A stretch of DNA of 63,941 bases, the filler included, from Reticulomyxa filosa (Eukaryota > Protista > Foraminifera), in the NCBI GenBank assembly GCA_000512085.1. It is 25 parts of 25 records of this genome, joined end to end, with 100 filler letters (N's around TTAATTAATTAA, not from the genome) between each part and the next. Parts side by side here need not be neighbours in the genome. Positions count along the whole stretch, not along the records: positions 1 to 10,940 come from ASPP01039867.1; positions 11,041 to 12,871 come from ASPP01009690.1; 23 more parts are not named here. One strand, given 5' to 3'. Shown here piece after piece: positions 1 to 12,259 of the stretch; position 1 is the stretch's first letter; every line of letters starts with the position of its first letter. The notes beneath the pieces are model-generated. The model did no database searches. It had not been told where the DNA came from and saw only the letters and a list, made by a program, of their open reading frames with translations. The position numbers and the translations under genes were made by a program.

Positions 1-27
1 GAAACCCAATTTGAATATACTTTCAAT

Positions 28-290
28 TCAGTTGTCTTTACTCGATATATCTAACATTTTGACTATATTATCAGATGAACCAGAAGTCAAATTTTTGCCA
101 TATAAACTGTAATCTATACAATAGATTGCATGAGAAAAATCATTTAAAATACCAATTTCTTTGCATGTGGTAACATCACATAATCGAATGGTCTTACCAT
201 TGGAACAATATACAATAGTCTCTCTATCGTGAGAAAATGATATATCGTGTACTGTTCTTTAATGTCCGTTTAAAGTAGATAAATTCGTAA
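28..290 (-). pseudogene. Degenerate WD40-repeat gene fragment
   Basis: Manual translation: STLNGH*RTVHDISFSHDRETIVYCSNGKTIRLCDVTTCKEIGILNDFSHAIYCIDYSLYGKNLTSGSSDNIVKMLDI. Two WD40 units with an in-frame TAA at 259-261 and eroded WD motifs. Confidence 0.75.
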
Positions 291-379
291 TTTTTTTTCA
301 GGCAATTCAAACTATGAAAAAAGTTGTTGTTATATTATTTCATTTGCTTGGCTTTGTTGCAATTGTGTAAAATAATACA

Positions 380-790
380 ACAACTTTTTTTACACAAAAT
401 TTACCATGTCTGGTGCATTCTCTAATAGTTTCACTTCATTGTTATTCGAATAAATCTATTGTATATTTACAAATAATAATAATTTCAAACCTTTTAGTTT
501 ATGCATTCTAGCTTTATGCATGTACAATACATAGGCACAGTTAAACATTCTAATTCAACTGCAACTACCATATGTCCGCAATATTTGTATTAAGAGTCTA
601 TTTTGTTCCAGAATTCAACTTTTTTAGGTGTATTTGCACTAACCATTTTACCTTGCATTGTGGATGTGTGGTGTTTGCAGCATATAGTATGCTGGTGTTG
701 TTTGCCACAATTACATATTAAAAGTACTGTCATGAAACATTATTTTGCGAATGCATTGACAATGCATTCTTGTTAGAAGTACCATTTTGT
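380..790 (-). mobile_element. Possible decayed Mutator/MULE-type transposase remnant (SWIM zinc finger)
   Basis: Minus-strand CNCGKQHQHTICCKH (671-715) has the SWIM spacing C-x-C-x9-C-K-H. The surrounding frame contains stops. Confidence 0.35.
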
Positions 791-1512
791 ATGTGGCCTT
801 GATCAATCAGCAATCTTTTTTTTGGTTTGTTACTATTAATCGGCAACAATTCATTTTTGTTCGAAGTATCATTTTATTCGTTGCCTTGACCAATAGGCTG
901 TTTTTTAGTTTGTTACGATTAATCGTCGATAACTTATTCTTGACTAATGTACATTTTCTTTGTTCGTTATAATTAGCTGACGACAATGCATTCGTGGGCA
1001 AATTATGTTCTTTTTGTTTGTTGTCTTCAATAGATAATAATTCATTCGCAGCAGAGGTAAGTTCGTAGATATTAGCAGTTAACGACAGTTCACTATTAGA
1101 CAAAAACAAGTGATATAAGTCCAAAATAATTTCTTTTTACTTGTAAAAAAGAAATCTTTAGTTCAATATGCTCGTAATGTTAAAAAGACTATTACCCATT
1201 AAATTTATTTTTTACACTTTTATTAAAAACTAAAATATTTTGAATTTTCCATGTAGATTGACTTATATTAAAATGTTATACAAGTGTATAACATTGGCAA
1301 AGTGATTTAATTTAATATGATTTTACTGTCTATATGAACTTTGATATATTTTTTCAACAGTTTTTTTTATTCGTTTCAATTGCAAAATATTGTTATTTTT
1401 AAAAAGTTGTGTTCATAAATAAAATTGATAATATGTCAACTTTCTTTTGCATTAACTTTATAATATAATCATTTGAACATATATTATACAAAGTTTCGAC
1501 ATACAATTATAT

Positions 1513-1610
1513 GATCCTTAAAATTACTTTTCTTTGTTAAATAATAAAACTCAGGATCCAGGTAAAATTATTATATTATTTATCGAATCCTAAAATCAAT
1601 TATATATGTA
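1513..1610 (+). repeat. Left copy of a diverged ~100-bp inverted repeat
   Basis: Three collinear blocks match the reverse complement of 4446-4550: 1513-1535 (19/23), 1543-1563 (20/21, AATAAAAYTCAGGATCCAGGT) and 1583-1601 (17/19). Confidence 0.85.
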
Positions 1611-2179
1611 TTAAATATATGTTTTATAAATTAAAAATGAATTATAAAAGTTTTAAAGTTTGTGTTTCAAAATTAGATTTATTGTTGACAAGATTTAAAG
1701 AAATTTTGAGCTCCCTTTTCTCCATAAAACGTCTTTTGACACAAAGATATTTTTTACTTTCGTATTACTTTGTAAAAAATATAACAAATAACACATTTTG
1801 CTTATACAACACTAATAACAATTTTGGTACAAACTTTTTTCAAATAACAATGTAAATTTTTTTGCACAAAGAAAAAATTTATTGATTTAATTGTTGTCTT
1901 TACTTTTTAAAATTTTGAATATACAATCTTTGGACGCTGAAGAATGTTATGTTTGTTGCATAACAAAAATTGTTTCGATTTTGATCGATAAAGTTTCACA
2001 AGATGAAAACAAGTAAATTATTTTTGTTTTACTTTTTATCCATTGATCTAAAAAAAAAAGACTTACACATAATCATCGATATGATTCCAATAGAAACGGA
2101 TTTCTCATCTGATCATAAGTCATTAATAACGAATGGCAGTTAAAAAGATTAGATGTTATCGACATCGGCATATGAAACA

Positions 2180-2698
2180 AAAAAAAAGAATTAGACAGCG
2201 ACAATGACGAATTTGACAACAAAGAAGAAAACAAAAATGCAAAAATACAGTTGAATGAAACCGAACTCTTTCAAAGGTGTTTGCAAAAATTGCTACTAGA
2301 GAAAAGAGAATTGGCAAGTAACTACACTAAGAGAAAAGCTAGCTACTTTGGTGATTCAATGATTGAGATTGAAAACAGATTAGAAACGTAATCCAATTGA
2401 TTTGTTTGCTTTAACAGCTTATATTGACATTAACACCATTTCGTAGAAAATTCGATACAAATTTACTTTCACTTGCAGAAATTCAAAAATAGCATATTGT
2501 TTGCGAGTGGTATGTGCTAAGTGTCAGATGCACATTTGTCTATATCACAATTGTGATCGCATGTACCAATTCACATGTGGACATTATATGTGTAGTGAAT
2601 GTTCGCATATGCATTTTGAAACATGCTATAGTAAATATAAAATTTGGGATCCAACGCTGAAAAAATTAAGCGAAGAATATATTAATAATATGTTATAG
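2180..2698 (+). CDS. RING-like zinc-finger protein, last two exons (intron 2388-2478); 5' part unresolved
   Basis: Exon ...ETELFQRCLQKLLLEKRELAS...IENRLET is spliced in phase (GT 2388, AG 2478) to NSKIAYCLRVVCAKCQMHICLYHNCDRMYQFTCGHYMCSEC, which has a RING-like CGHxxCxxC. Confidence 0.6.
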
Positions 2699-4445
2699 AA
2701 AAAAAAATTGATTATAAACCATCATTTGCATTACCAAAATTAATTATTGCAAGGTGTATGCACATATTGATGATAAAGTTAACTGCGACATGTTTATCAT
2801 GATATACACAAAGCAATACAGCGTGAACAAAATAACAGTAACATTTTTTTTCAAAACAAAAAAATGTAATTTGTAATTTAGTTGTTTTAAACAATCTTTC
2901 TTTTTTTTAAAAAGGATATAATATGTAGCACTTGTTACTAAATTTTTGTGCTTATTTATTTAAAAACATAATGTCAATGTAATTCAACAATGAATAAAAA
3001 TGTTTGTAACTAAAAAAAAAATTTTTCATATATTTTTGTGACAAGATTTCGCAAAAGAAATTATAATAAATTATATTTCAAATGAAAAAGCATTTTTTCT
3101 CATTTTCTAAATAATCCAAGTATTAGATATTCCATCAACTAATAAACATATTCGAATTTTTTGATACAGTGATAGCATGAATATATATTAATTTTTCATA
3201 AGTATGGTGACATATACTTGAGATATAATCTTCTTTATTTAATTAAATATTTTTTTAATATCAATTAATTCTTCTTTCTATTTGATTGTTCTTCTGTTAT
3301 TGTTGATATTTCTTTATTTTTTTTATCAAGTTCTTAGACCAGTTTATCTATTATATCTTTTGCAAGATCATTCTAACGTCTACTTTTTCTTTTAATAATC
3401 TATTTGTTTATATTTAAAAAAGTTTACAAAAAGTATATGTATTTATATGAAAAGATTGAAACAATGAATTAGTGAAACGATGTAAGGATCGAGAAGCGAC
3501 TTAAAAGCTAAAATTATTTTGACCAATTTCAACAATCAACAACTCTATTTCTACAAAAGATACAATAATATCGCTTAGAACATGATTTCTCATTTCGATG
3601 TCAGCTATTCAATTAAATGTAAATTAATACTGAAATATCTACATTCAACAATTCAAGTGAAAACTATTTTTTTGTAAAATTTTTACAAAAAATCAGCAAA
3701 TAAAATGCAATAAAAATAAATCTTTTGAATTCTATCAAAAAATCAATGACATTTTTGCAATCTTTAGAGTTTGTAAATGCCTTTCTAACTAATTTACTTT
3801 GTTTATTTATAAAAAAAACAAAATAAACATCTTTAAAAAATTTAACAATAAAAATGCAATTATCGCAAATAAAAAAACCTAAACAAACGTTGTAAATAAA
3901 TATAATAAACAAAATCAAACAAAAACCAAAAGCAAAAATCATAAACAAAAATTATAATCAAGTGTCGTGGTCAAGAGTCTTGAATATATTTTTGGAACAA
4001 AATCATGTAAATACGTTTATTGAAAATTTAGAATGTAACAAAAAAAAAATTGTAATAAATGTTATTAATAATTAAATATGCAAGCTAATCTGCAGCGAAC
4101 ACATACTAATTTTATCTAATTTATGTATCATAATCTTCGACAATGTAATTGAAAAAAATTTAATATAACTTTACTTTTTTACGAGAAAAAAATAAAGTGT
4201 ATATTCACAAATCACTTTTATTATAATTCTAGAAAAATTTCCTTTGATAATGTATTCACTAATTTGTATTTCCTTCTTTCATACAAATCATTATGACGAC
4301 TTTACATACATTGACTTATTTAAACACTTATGTATATATTTATCAAAGTTCTTGATTAATTCTAATTCGTCAAGTTATCAATACAAATTTTTCACTTTAT
4401 TTATACTAAATTTCGCTTTTATCCAATTATAATACAAATTCGACA

Positions 4446-4550
4446 TGTACATAGAAAATTAATTTAAGGATTCGACAAAAATTAGATCACCTGGATCCTG
4501 AATTTTATTTCTCACAAAAATATATTAAAAGAAAAGTGTTTTCAAGGGTC
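4446..4550 (-). repeat. Right copy of a diverged ~100-bp inverted repeat
   Basis: Reverse-complement partner of 1513-1610. Confidence 0.85.
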
Positions 4551-5119
4551 TGTATACAAGTTGTTATTACGACTTATGATTTTTACAATTAAAATTATCA
4601 AATTATTTATGCGTCAAATACTTAGCCTAAAAAATAGTCAAATGCATTTTAACATAGCAATAATCTGATATTGTGTATTAAATTAAATTGTGTTCATATC
4701 AAACTGATTGAATAAATAAAAGACATACATAAATGAAATATATAATTAATCAAAGAAAAAAAGCAACAGCTATTTGCTCGAGTCTAATCTGTGTGTTTGC
4801 GAACCAAGTGTGTATGCAGTCTTTCTTTTGAACATTCCTTATTATTATCTTTTTATTGAATAAATAGTAGTTGACTATAACTTGTCTTTATCTGAGCTGC
4901 GATACAAATAGAATAGCTTTATTGGTTTAAAGTGTGTGCAATTTTTTCTTTTTAGAATGCTATGTTCGTTTAACTTAAAATAATTAAGTCTTTCGGGAGG
5001 TAAGAAGAATTTAGCACAATAAAAGATTTCATCTAAGTTTGTTTCTTTTCTCTTGAAAACAGAATAGGTGATTTTTATTTGTTGTTTTAGTCTAAGGGGA
5101 GTTTTTTTTTGTCTATTGT

Positions 5120-5875
5120 CCAAAAAAACAAGCAAAGAAAGCGCAATCGAAACAGTAGCTGACGTGATAACAGACAACAAAACGTATTACAATTGTCCGA
5201 GTTGTAAACTAGAAGTATGGGCATACGGATCTTATGTTGGCAATGTATGTTGGAAGTGTCCGGGCACGATAGGACATGTGATAATAAAAACAACCGATAA
5301 TGTGACATTCGGTCTAACGTCAACAGCAATAGATGCAGTAATAGATAATAAAACGGAGTATCGATGTCCTCGATGGGAGTTAAAAAATGGGCTTATGGAG
5401 TTGGTATTGGACGTACTTGTTTACGGTTGCACAGAAAAAGATTTAACGAGAAGGGCAAAAACTGGTACTATATAAGCAAAGCCAGTGAAGTGGATGTGTC
5501 ATTGGACAATTTTTTGGATTATTATGATAATTCAGGTCTGTCGTTACAATCAATGGCCAAACATTTCTAATGTCATTCCAAAATCGAGATTAAAGGATGC
5601 TCAAGATTATGAACGTGTAGGCACCAATTGGGGTTGTGGCAACAATGCGATTAATATTTGTTTGAAAATGTACGACTATTCCAAACAATTGAGTACGAGT
5701 GAATATGAATATAATACATTGCTTGGTTGTGGATGGAGTTATACAAATTTTTACGAGAAAAATATAAAACCTCATTTTAAGTATTGTGGATGGAAAGGTA
5801 CAGAAACTCTACTACGAGGCGAAGTAAACATAAACTGGAGTTATATTGATGATACTGATTTCAAAGATTGGTCTT
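5120..5875 (+). pseudogene. Frameshifted gene with two tandem CxxC-x14-CxxC zinc-ribbon units plus an unknown C-terminal domain
   Basis: Unit 1: DVITDNKTYYNCPSCKLEVWAYGSYVGNVCWKC. Unit 2 is split over two frames: DAVIDNKTEYRCPR / GVKKWAYGVGIGRTC / YGC. Protein-like sequence continues in ORFs 5364 and 5485. Confidence 0.6.
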
Positions 5876-6619
5876 TAATTATTCTGAGCGGAAATGACAT
5901 TTCAATTTTGAACATCTTTTTATCCACTTTTTTTTTTTGGAGAAAAATAAATAATGATAATTTCGCACTTAGACAATCTATACACTCCAAAAAAAACTCA
6001 CTCCAAAGAGAAACGCGCTCCAAAAAAAAAATCCATTCGGGCACCCCTTTAAGTGGATCTTCAATTATAAGCAAAACAACTTCACTTTAGAAATTTGAAA
6101 AACAAAATCAAAGAAAACCAGTAAGAAAAAAATCAAATAAGATACACATTCAGTATTTTACTTTGAAGGAGAACAAGAAACCGGGAATGCTATTTACTTT
6201 TTGTGAATTCATTATTATTATTATGGAATATTTTTGTTAGCAAACTTTCAAAGCGAAAAAATTTTAATTTTAATCCAAGTAACATTACACAAATGACAAT
6301 GCAAGGAATGGGATAACTCTAACGTTTTATTCAAACTTTAAAAGTAAATTGTTTTTTGATTATTCATGTTAAGATTGAGGACCAATGTATTTTTAGAAAA
6401 AATGTGGAGACTGATGCTAAGTGTAATGCGAAAGATTACTTATATTAAAAAAAGCCTTTTATTGAAAATTTTTTTTTGAAAAAATACAATAGAATGACCA
6501 GAATATATTTTTCAAAACTCTTACTTATGTGGAAAAAAAAGAGCAACTGTCAAAAACGTTGCTATGCTTTACATGAATTAATTACAAACAAAAGTATTAA
6601 TGAATCGGAAAATCAAATT

Positions 6620-8481
6620 TTATTTTCTGTTGAAAATAATGTCATAATAAGTAGTATCTTGACTTTCTACACAATAAAATTCGCCATTATTGATGCTTCT
6701 AAGTTCTTTCTTAACATCTTGCAACATTTGATTCAACGAACAAAGTGATTTATACCTTTTTTTAATAACTTCGTTCATACTTTTGCTAAACAATGACAAA
6801 TCTGGCACTGAATGTCCTTTTGTAGTTGACCGAATAATGAAAAGATCATAATTTTAGGATATGCATCAGTATATAACTGCATTTTAAGTTGATCACATTT
6901 AGTACGACATGTATCAATGATAAAAATTTTTGGTAAATCCCGGAGTCCTATCATTTTATCACAAGCAAATGATATTATCCAATCAATTGATAATAGTTTC
7001 TTATCGCATGATACCACAAGCCCATCATATCCATGACCACAAACAATTAATATCAAACCATCATATTTATATTTATTGTCATGCAGGCTAAAATCTGAAA
7101 TTGCAGTTTGCAAAAATGATAACAAATCTGTTTTTTTTGTATTTTGTAATGGAATACGTACAAAAGTATAATTTAATTCTGTTTTAAATAATTCCATAAA
7201 ATTCTTGACGTCGTTTTCTATACTTGGAATATTGTCGTTTTGATTGCCATATTTACTTATTGCTATCATGAAAACAATTCCATTTTTTATTATTTTGATT
7301 GGTCCAACTCTTTTTTGGTTAAATGTACCGTCATTCTATTTAACAAATAAAAAAATTATTATTTTCTTTATGTTTATCATAACAACAATTATTCAAATTT
7401 AACTTCATTATCTTTTTTACTTTCATTTCATCTTCAATCGACCATTGATTAATTGTTGCAGTAATATGTTTTGCAACAACTTTTTTTCCATTATTTCCTC
7501 CAATAATATGTATATTCACTACATATTGCAGTAGCGTTGTATAATTGGTAAGGTAAAATATTTTCAGATTTCATCCATTTTCTTTTTTCTATTGAATACA
7601 CATGCACTGATCGTGAAACAAGCTTGTCACGCTTGCCCTTGCCATTCCATCCACCAAAAAACAAATCAAGCTATTGACGCAAACATATGCATATGAACAA
7701 AAATGAGCAATATCATCACAAACATTTAATTTACGATACAAAATTTTATTATTATCTTCATAATATTTTATTTTTACTACTGTACTTTTATGAAACAATA
7801 TCATTATAGTCTCATTTGTTTGTTAATTGTCCATTTCTTGTGAATTCACCGGCATTAATACAAAGCAATGAAATTGTATAAAATTACTAATTTGTAAAGT
7901 ATCATGTTGTATAAATTGAAATGTATTTAAATTAAACACGCTAATATTTTTTCATAAGTGATAAATAACAAATGATTTCTACTTCCACCAATTAATGCAC
8001 GCACTCATTTGTAATCATCTTCAGCTCTTCCAATTGGAATTTTATTGCCACAATTATCAGTGAATGGAACCCATTTGTTATATTTTATTGACTCTTTCAT
8101 TGCATTGTTATCGTTCCAAATACTTATATATTTCATCACCAATGTATGTTTACTAACTCCACCAAAAGACAGCAAAATAATAGTATTGTCGTCTTTATTT
8201 TCTACTAGCTTCATCACACAGTGTCCCTTTAATTGAATATTAACTGGATAATTGCATATATGTTTGTATTCTTGTTTGAGTGTATTGTAAGAATAACAAC
8301 CGTTTTGAAACGGACCTCCACAAATGATTATTTCGTATTTGTATGATATACATTGTGGTTGATAAAGCCTAAATGGCAAGTTGTTCAAATGTCGAAAAGT
8401 AGATGAATTAGCAAGTATAGTTGATTCAGTAATATCTTGCTTTTCTTCAGTTGATTTTGGCATTGTATTTACCTTTGCCAT
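6620..8481 (-). pseudogene. Kelch-repeat propeller fused to a caspase-like (peptidase C14) domain; disrupted
   Basis: Kelch blades (QCISYKYEIIICGG, GHCVMKL, LLSFGG, RALIGG, FGGWNG, IHIIGG) are joined by a phase-0 intron (7420-7336) in frame to NGIVFMIAISKY...YDGLILIVCGHG...PKIFIIDTCR (His/Cys dyad). A frameshifted p10-like tail follows (STTKGHSVPDLSLFS...YCVESQDT). TGA at 8005-8007, further stops and frameshifts. Confidence 0.85.
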
Positions 8482-10463
8482 GTTGTAAAGTTTGATAAAT
8501 AATTAAGTAAACTGACACCTTTTGACAAAAAAAAAAAAGATTAATTAATTGAAAATTTGAATGTATAGAATAATATAATTTTTGATGAATAAAAGAAAAA
8601 GATGTTTTTTTATTAATGGATTGCTTCAAAATTAAAATGAGAAAAATAAAGAGTAGTAGTACAAGATTGTAAAATCATCATCTTATAAAAAATGAAAAAA
8701 GCATTGTTAAACCCGAGACTAGCTTGAAAAATGTAACATAGTTAAGTTATTAACTACAAAGTCTATAGCCAATTCTTTCTTGGTTGTTATATAAAGATAT
8801 GAAGTTCTTCTTTCACTAGTAACAAAAAATACAAAGAGTTTCCTAGAATGTAGTTGAAGCATTGAAAATATCGTCACAAATGAAACAAGTCAAGTTGTTT
8901 TGGATGTTATTAAAAATGGGCCTAGGTGAGACTTGCACTCACATCTATGTGGTAAACACATCCATAATGATAAATCATATCTTGTTGTCGCAAGTCTCAT
9001 TCATCTTCCGTCGTTTTTTCATCAAAGCGAACTTTTTGTATTATTCGTGGATTCTGTGAGTACGCAAAATGACGCCCGTTCCATCTGATTATGCTGCGTC
9101 TCACTTTTAATTTTCTCAAATTTAATGTTACTTTGGTTGAGTAAACTTGATTTGATAATTTGAAGTTTTGTTTCCCGATGCAGCAAAGAAAACAATCATA
9201 ATTTTTCACATAATTACTTACTTTGATGGGAATAAATATATAATGTTTCATTTGTAGGATATTTGGACATTGAAGATATATTAAATTTAAAATTGCTATT
9301 TGTATGAAATTCATATTCACCAGGACAAGTAAACAAACAGGACCCTTTTTTTTTTTAATCAAAATAGATAATTTTTTATTCTAAAGGATTTTTTTTATTC
9401 AAAATCAAGATTTGAAAAATATGGAATTAATTTTTCAAGTTTTGTATATGAAAGAATAATTGCATAATGTAATGTTTTTGATGTTTTATTAATTATGGTT
9501 TTTACACATCGCATTTCTTTTTTTGAGATTATAATGTGGAAAAAATTCCAATATGAAATCCATACGTGAATTGACTGGCTGTGATCATTTCTAAGCACAA
9601 TGTTGATTTTTGTTTATCGTTTGGAGTTTAGATCTTTTTTTCTAAATTTATATAAGTTAACTTGGCCTCTTTTGCAAATAATTCCTTGATCTGAGCAAGC
9701 TTTTGTTCATATTTTGTTGAATTTTCAAATACGCTTTCATTTATTAACACACTTATTTCATTGTTCATTTGATTATGCAAAGTTCTCAGTGTCGATTTCG
9801 AAACAACAACTGGGTTTTATTTTTAAAAAGTTCAGAATAAACTGTAATATTAAAAAAAAGAAATTTGTTATTGTTTATTAGTTTGTTGATGAAGAACGTC
9901 GTTTTGTGTTTTTACCAACTGTTCGATCGAATTCTATAGCTTCCGACAACAACATTCCTTTTTGCGAATCTATAATTTGTGTTGACATGGTGTTCAATTG
10001 ATTTGCGTACAAATAAAAGTTATTCCCATATGTGTACAGTTGTTCAATATACTTTGCAAATTCTTTTAATAGTCGCACTTGTTGAATCAGTGAAATAAAA
10101 TCAATTAAATAATTCACTTTCAATTCTCCTTTTCCACTAATATCTAACTCACAACAACTTTTTATTTTTGTCATTTACATTTTTAAACTGGTCCATAACA
10201 CTATTTGTCCAACTCTCAAACATTTCATTACTTCCTTCAACCAATTCATTCCATACACGTGATATTGTTTCTTTTTTTGTTTTTTGTTGTTTCATTTGCC
10301 AGATATAATCAGATATTACACAAACAAAGATACTTGAAGTTTTGACGACTCATTCGCATTTCGAGATAGTTTGCTTATCACTTGTGTAACTTTCTTCAAG
10401 TTTCCCATTCATCGATGGCAAAACGTTATTTTTTCGACCTTTTTTGAGCAAAAAAAGTTCAAA

Positions 10464-10661
10464 ACGAGGAAGGGGCCCATAAATGAGCAAAAAAAATTGT
10501 ATCAATGACGAAACATAACAGTAGGAAAGTTGCTTGATTGTGGAGTGATCAAAAGTGGGGAGGCAATATTCTGTAATGAATCCAATTTTTTTTTTTGTTC
10601 GAATTTCACCAACGTACGCTTTGGTTTTTATTTTCTAACATTGTGAGGACCCCTTCTTCGT
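10464..10661. mobile_element. Candidate ~200-bp MITE with short terminal inverted repeats
   Basis: ACGAGGAAGGGGCCC (10464-10478) vs the reverse complement of 10647-10661, ACGAAGAAGGGGTCC: 13/15 match. PAQR similarity ends at the right boundary. Confidence 0.35.
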
Positions 10662-10895
10662 GGAATAGTACCGACGAATATTCCAAATATATCTGCGTTC
10701 AGACATTGCGTATGTTCTACACGCGAATTGCAATTGTTCATTAGTACGTGATAAATCACGCTTGCTGTGCTCATTAAGTAGTTGTATCCAATCTTTCCAC
10801 TTTGACCATGCACGTATAATTCTTTTGCTGCCAATGTCAAAGACAATATCAATGAAAACAAATGTGTCCAAATGTTCACGGACTCATTGTGAAAC
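10662..10895 (-). CDS. PAQR / hemolysin-III family membrane protein exon (truncated)
   Basis: FHNESVNIWTH motif after a TTAG acceptor, followed by S-x-x-Y-H (ASVIYH) and D-x-x-G-I (DIFGI), the PAQR signature motifs. Confidence 0.75.
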
Positions 10896-10940
10896 TAACA
10901 ACATGTTACATTTGTTATATTTGCAATTTCTAGTGGTATT

Positions 10941-11040
10941 NNNNNNNNNNNNNNNNNNNNNNNNNNNNNNNNNNNNNNNNNNNNTTAATTAATTAANNNN
11001 NNNNNNNNNNNNNNNNNNNNNNNNNNNNNNNNNNNNNNNN
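10941..11040. other. Artificial contig-concatenation linker (first of 24)
   Basis: 44 N + TTAATTAATTAA (stops in all six frames) + 44 N. Identical 100-nt linkers also start at 12872, 17095, 19886, 23985, 28353, 30580, 31692, 33550, 36692, 37804, 39498, 41564, 42857, 46161, 49115, 50355, 51633, 53019, 54264, 56684, 59487, 61542 and 62642. Confidence 0.99.
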
Positions 11041-11222
11041 CAGATTTTCAAAACTGATCAAGCATATATTAAAAAAAAAGAGCCAAATCAAGTTGAAAAG
11101 AAATAAACAACAATGCACAAAAATAGGCCCTTGCATAGAACCAAATAATAAAAAAAAGGATTTGTTTGTGATTTTTTTTTTTTTACTTATTTATTTTGCA
11201 TTTGTATAATTGGTCATATGAC

Positions 11223-11987
11223 TTAGAACCACCCGTCCCACCATTTCTTTTTATTTCCATAAATTCCAATAGCAACACCCAAAAACAGAGCAATGAACAC
11301 TTCGCCAACATGTTGAAGCGAATTGGTTTGGGAACCGAGTTTATTCGGTTTTGAATTGTCTACAGAAGGACGATGATTTTTGCCCATTTCTTTTTCTTCG
11401 ACCTGTTTTTCTTCCAATTTCAGTTCTTCGCATTTTCGTAACAACTCAGCAATGGATAGATCTGTCCATTTTTCCTTTTCCTCTTGTTCTACATCTGCCA
11501 CTTCGAAATACTTTAAAATGTCTTCTTTTATATCGTTTGTTAAAATAGTTTTAATTCCATTAATTTCTTGTTCTTTCAATTTTTGCGAATTTTCTTGATG
11601 TTTATGGTTTAATGTGTCGTACTTTTTTTTAAAATCTTCCAACTTTTTGTTCGTTTCTTCATTTCTTTTTTCGGCTTCCACGAGTTGGTGCTCATAGTTT
11701 TCTATCACTTGTGACAGCTCTTTTGTAAACTTCCCATCCAATGTCGTTGTATCATATGTGAACATCGTGTGCACGTTCTCGTGTTTCGTCCCGTACGCCA
11801 TGCTCTCTTCTTCCTCTTTGTCTCTCGTATCTGCTCTTGGCGACTTGTTTGTCGAGTGATCAAACTCGTCCTCATGTCCGTGCACTACAAACGTGCTACT
11901 TATCTGATGTTGGTGAGTATCTTCCACTGGCGATTTTGTGGCTCCTAATGCCAAGCTGTCATCAGTAATCGACATAGTTTCAGCCAT
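11223..11987 (-). CDS. Coiled-coil protein with C-terminal transmembrane tail anchor
   Basis: Intact 254-aa ORF with an E/K-rich heptad region, one hydrophobic segment (VFIALFLGVAIGIYG) and a short basic tail (NKKKWWDGWF). Confidence 0.8.
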   Translation of the reverse strand: MAETMSITDDSLALGATKSPVEDTHQHQISSTFVVHGHEDEFDHSTNKSPRADTRDKEEEESMAYGTKHENVHTMFTYDTTTLDGKFTKELSQVIENYEHQLVEAEKRNEETNKKLEDFKKKYDTLNHKHQENSQKLKEQEINGIKTILTNDIKEDILKYFEVADVEQEEKEKWTDLSIAELLRKCEELKLEEKQVEEKEMGKNHRPSVDNSKPNKLGSQTNSLQHVGEVFIALFLGVAIGIYGNKKKWWDGWF

Positions 11988-12259
11988 TTGATTATTAATA
12001 TTATTATTATTATTATCCTGTCAACTCCCGTCCCTTTCTTAAAAAGCAACACGAAAAGGAATGAAAAGAAGCACTTTTAAAACTTCCCAGGCTTTGAGAA
12101 AAAGAGAGAAGATATAAAATATATGTGTCATGCATATTATTCAAAGTTTTCTATTAAAGTTTTACGATAAACTTGTGGGAGCACGTGGAAGCACGCTGTT
12201 TCCCCTTACTTTTTTGTTTTCTTTCAAAATAATTTAGTGCACACAACGGGGAAAAAAAA

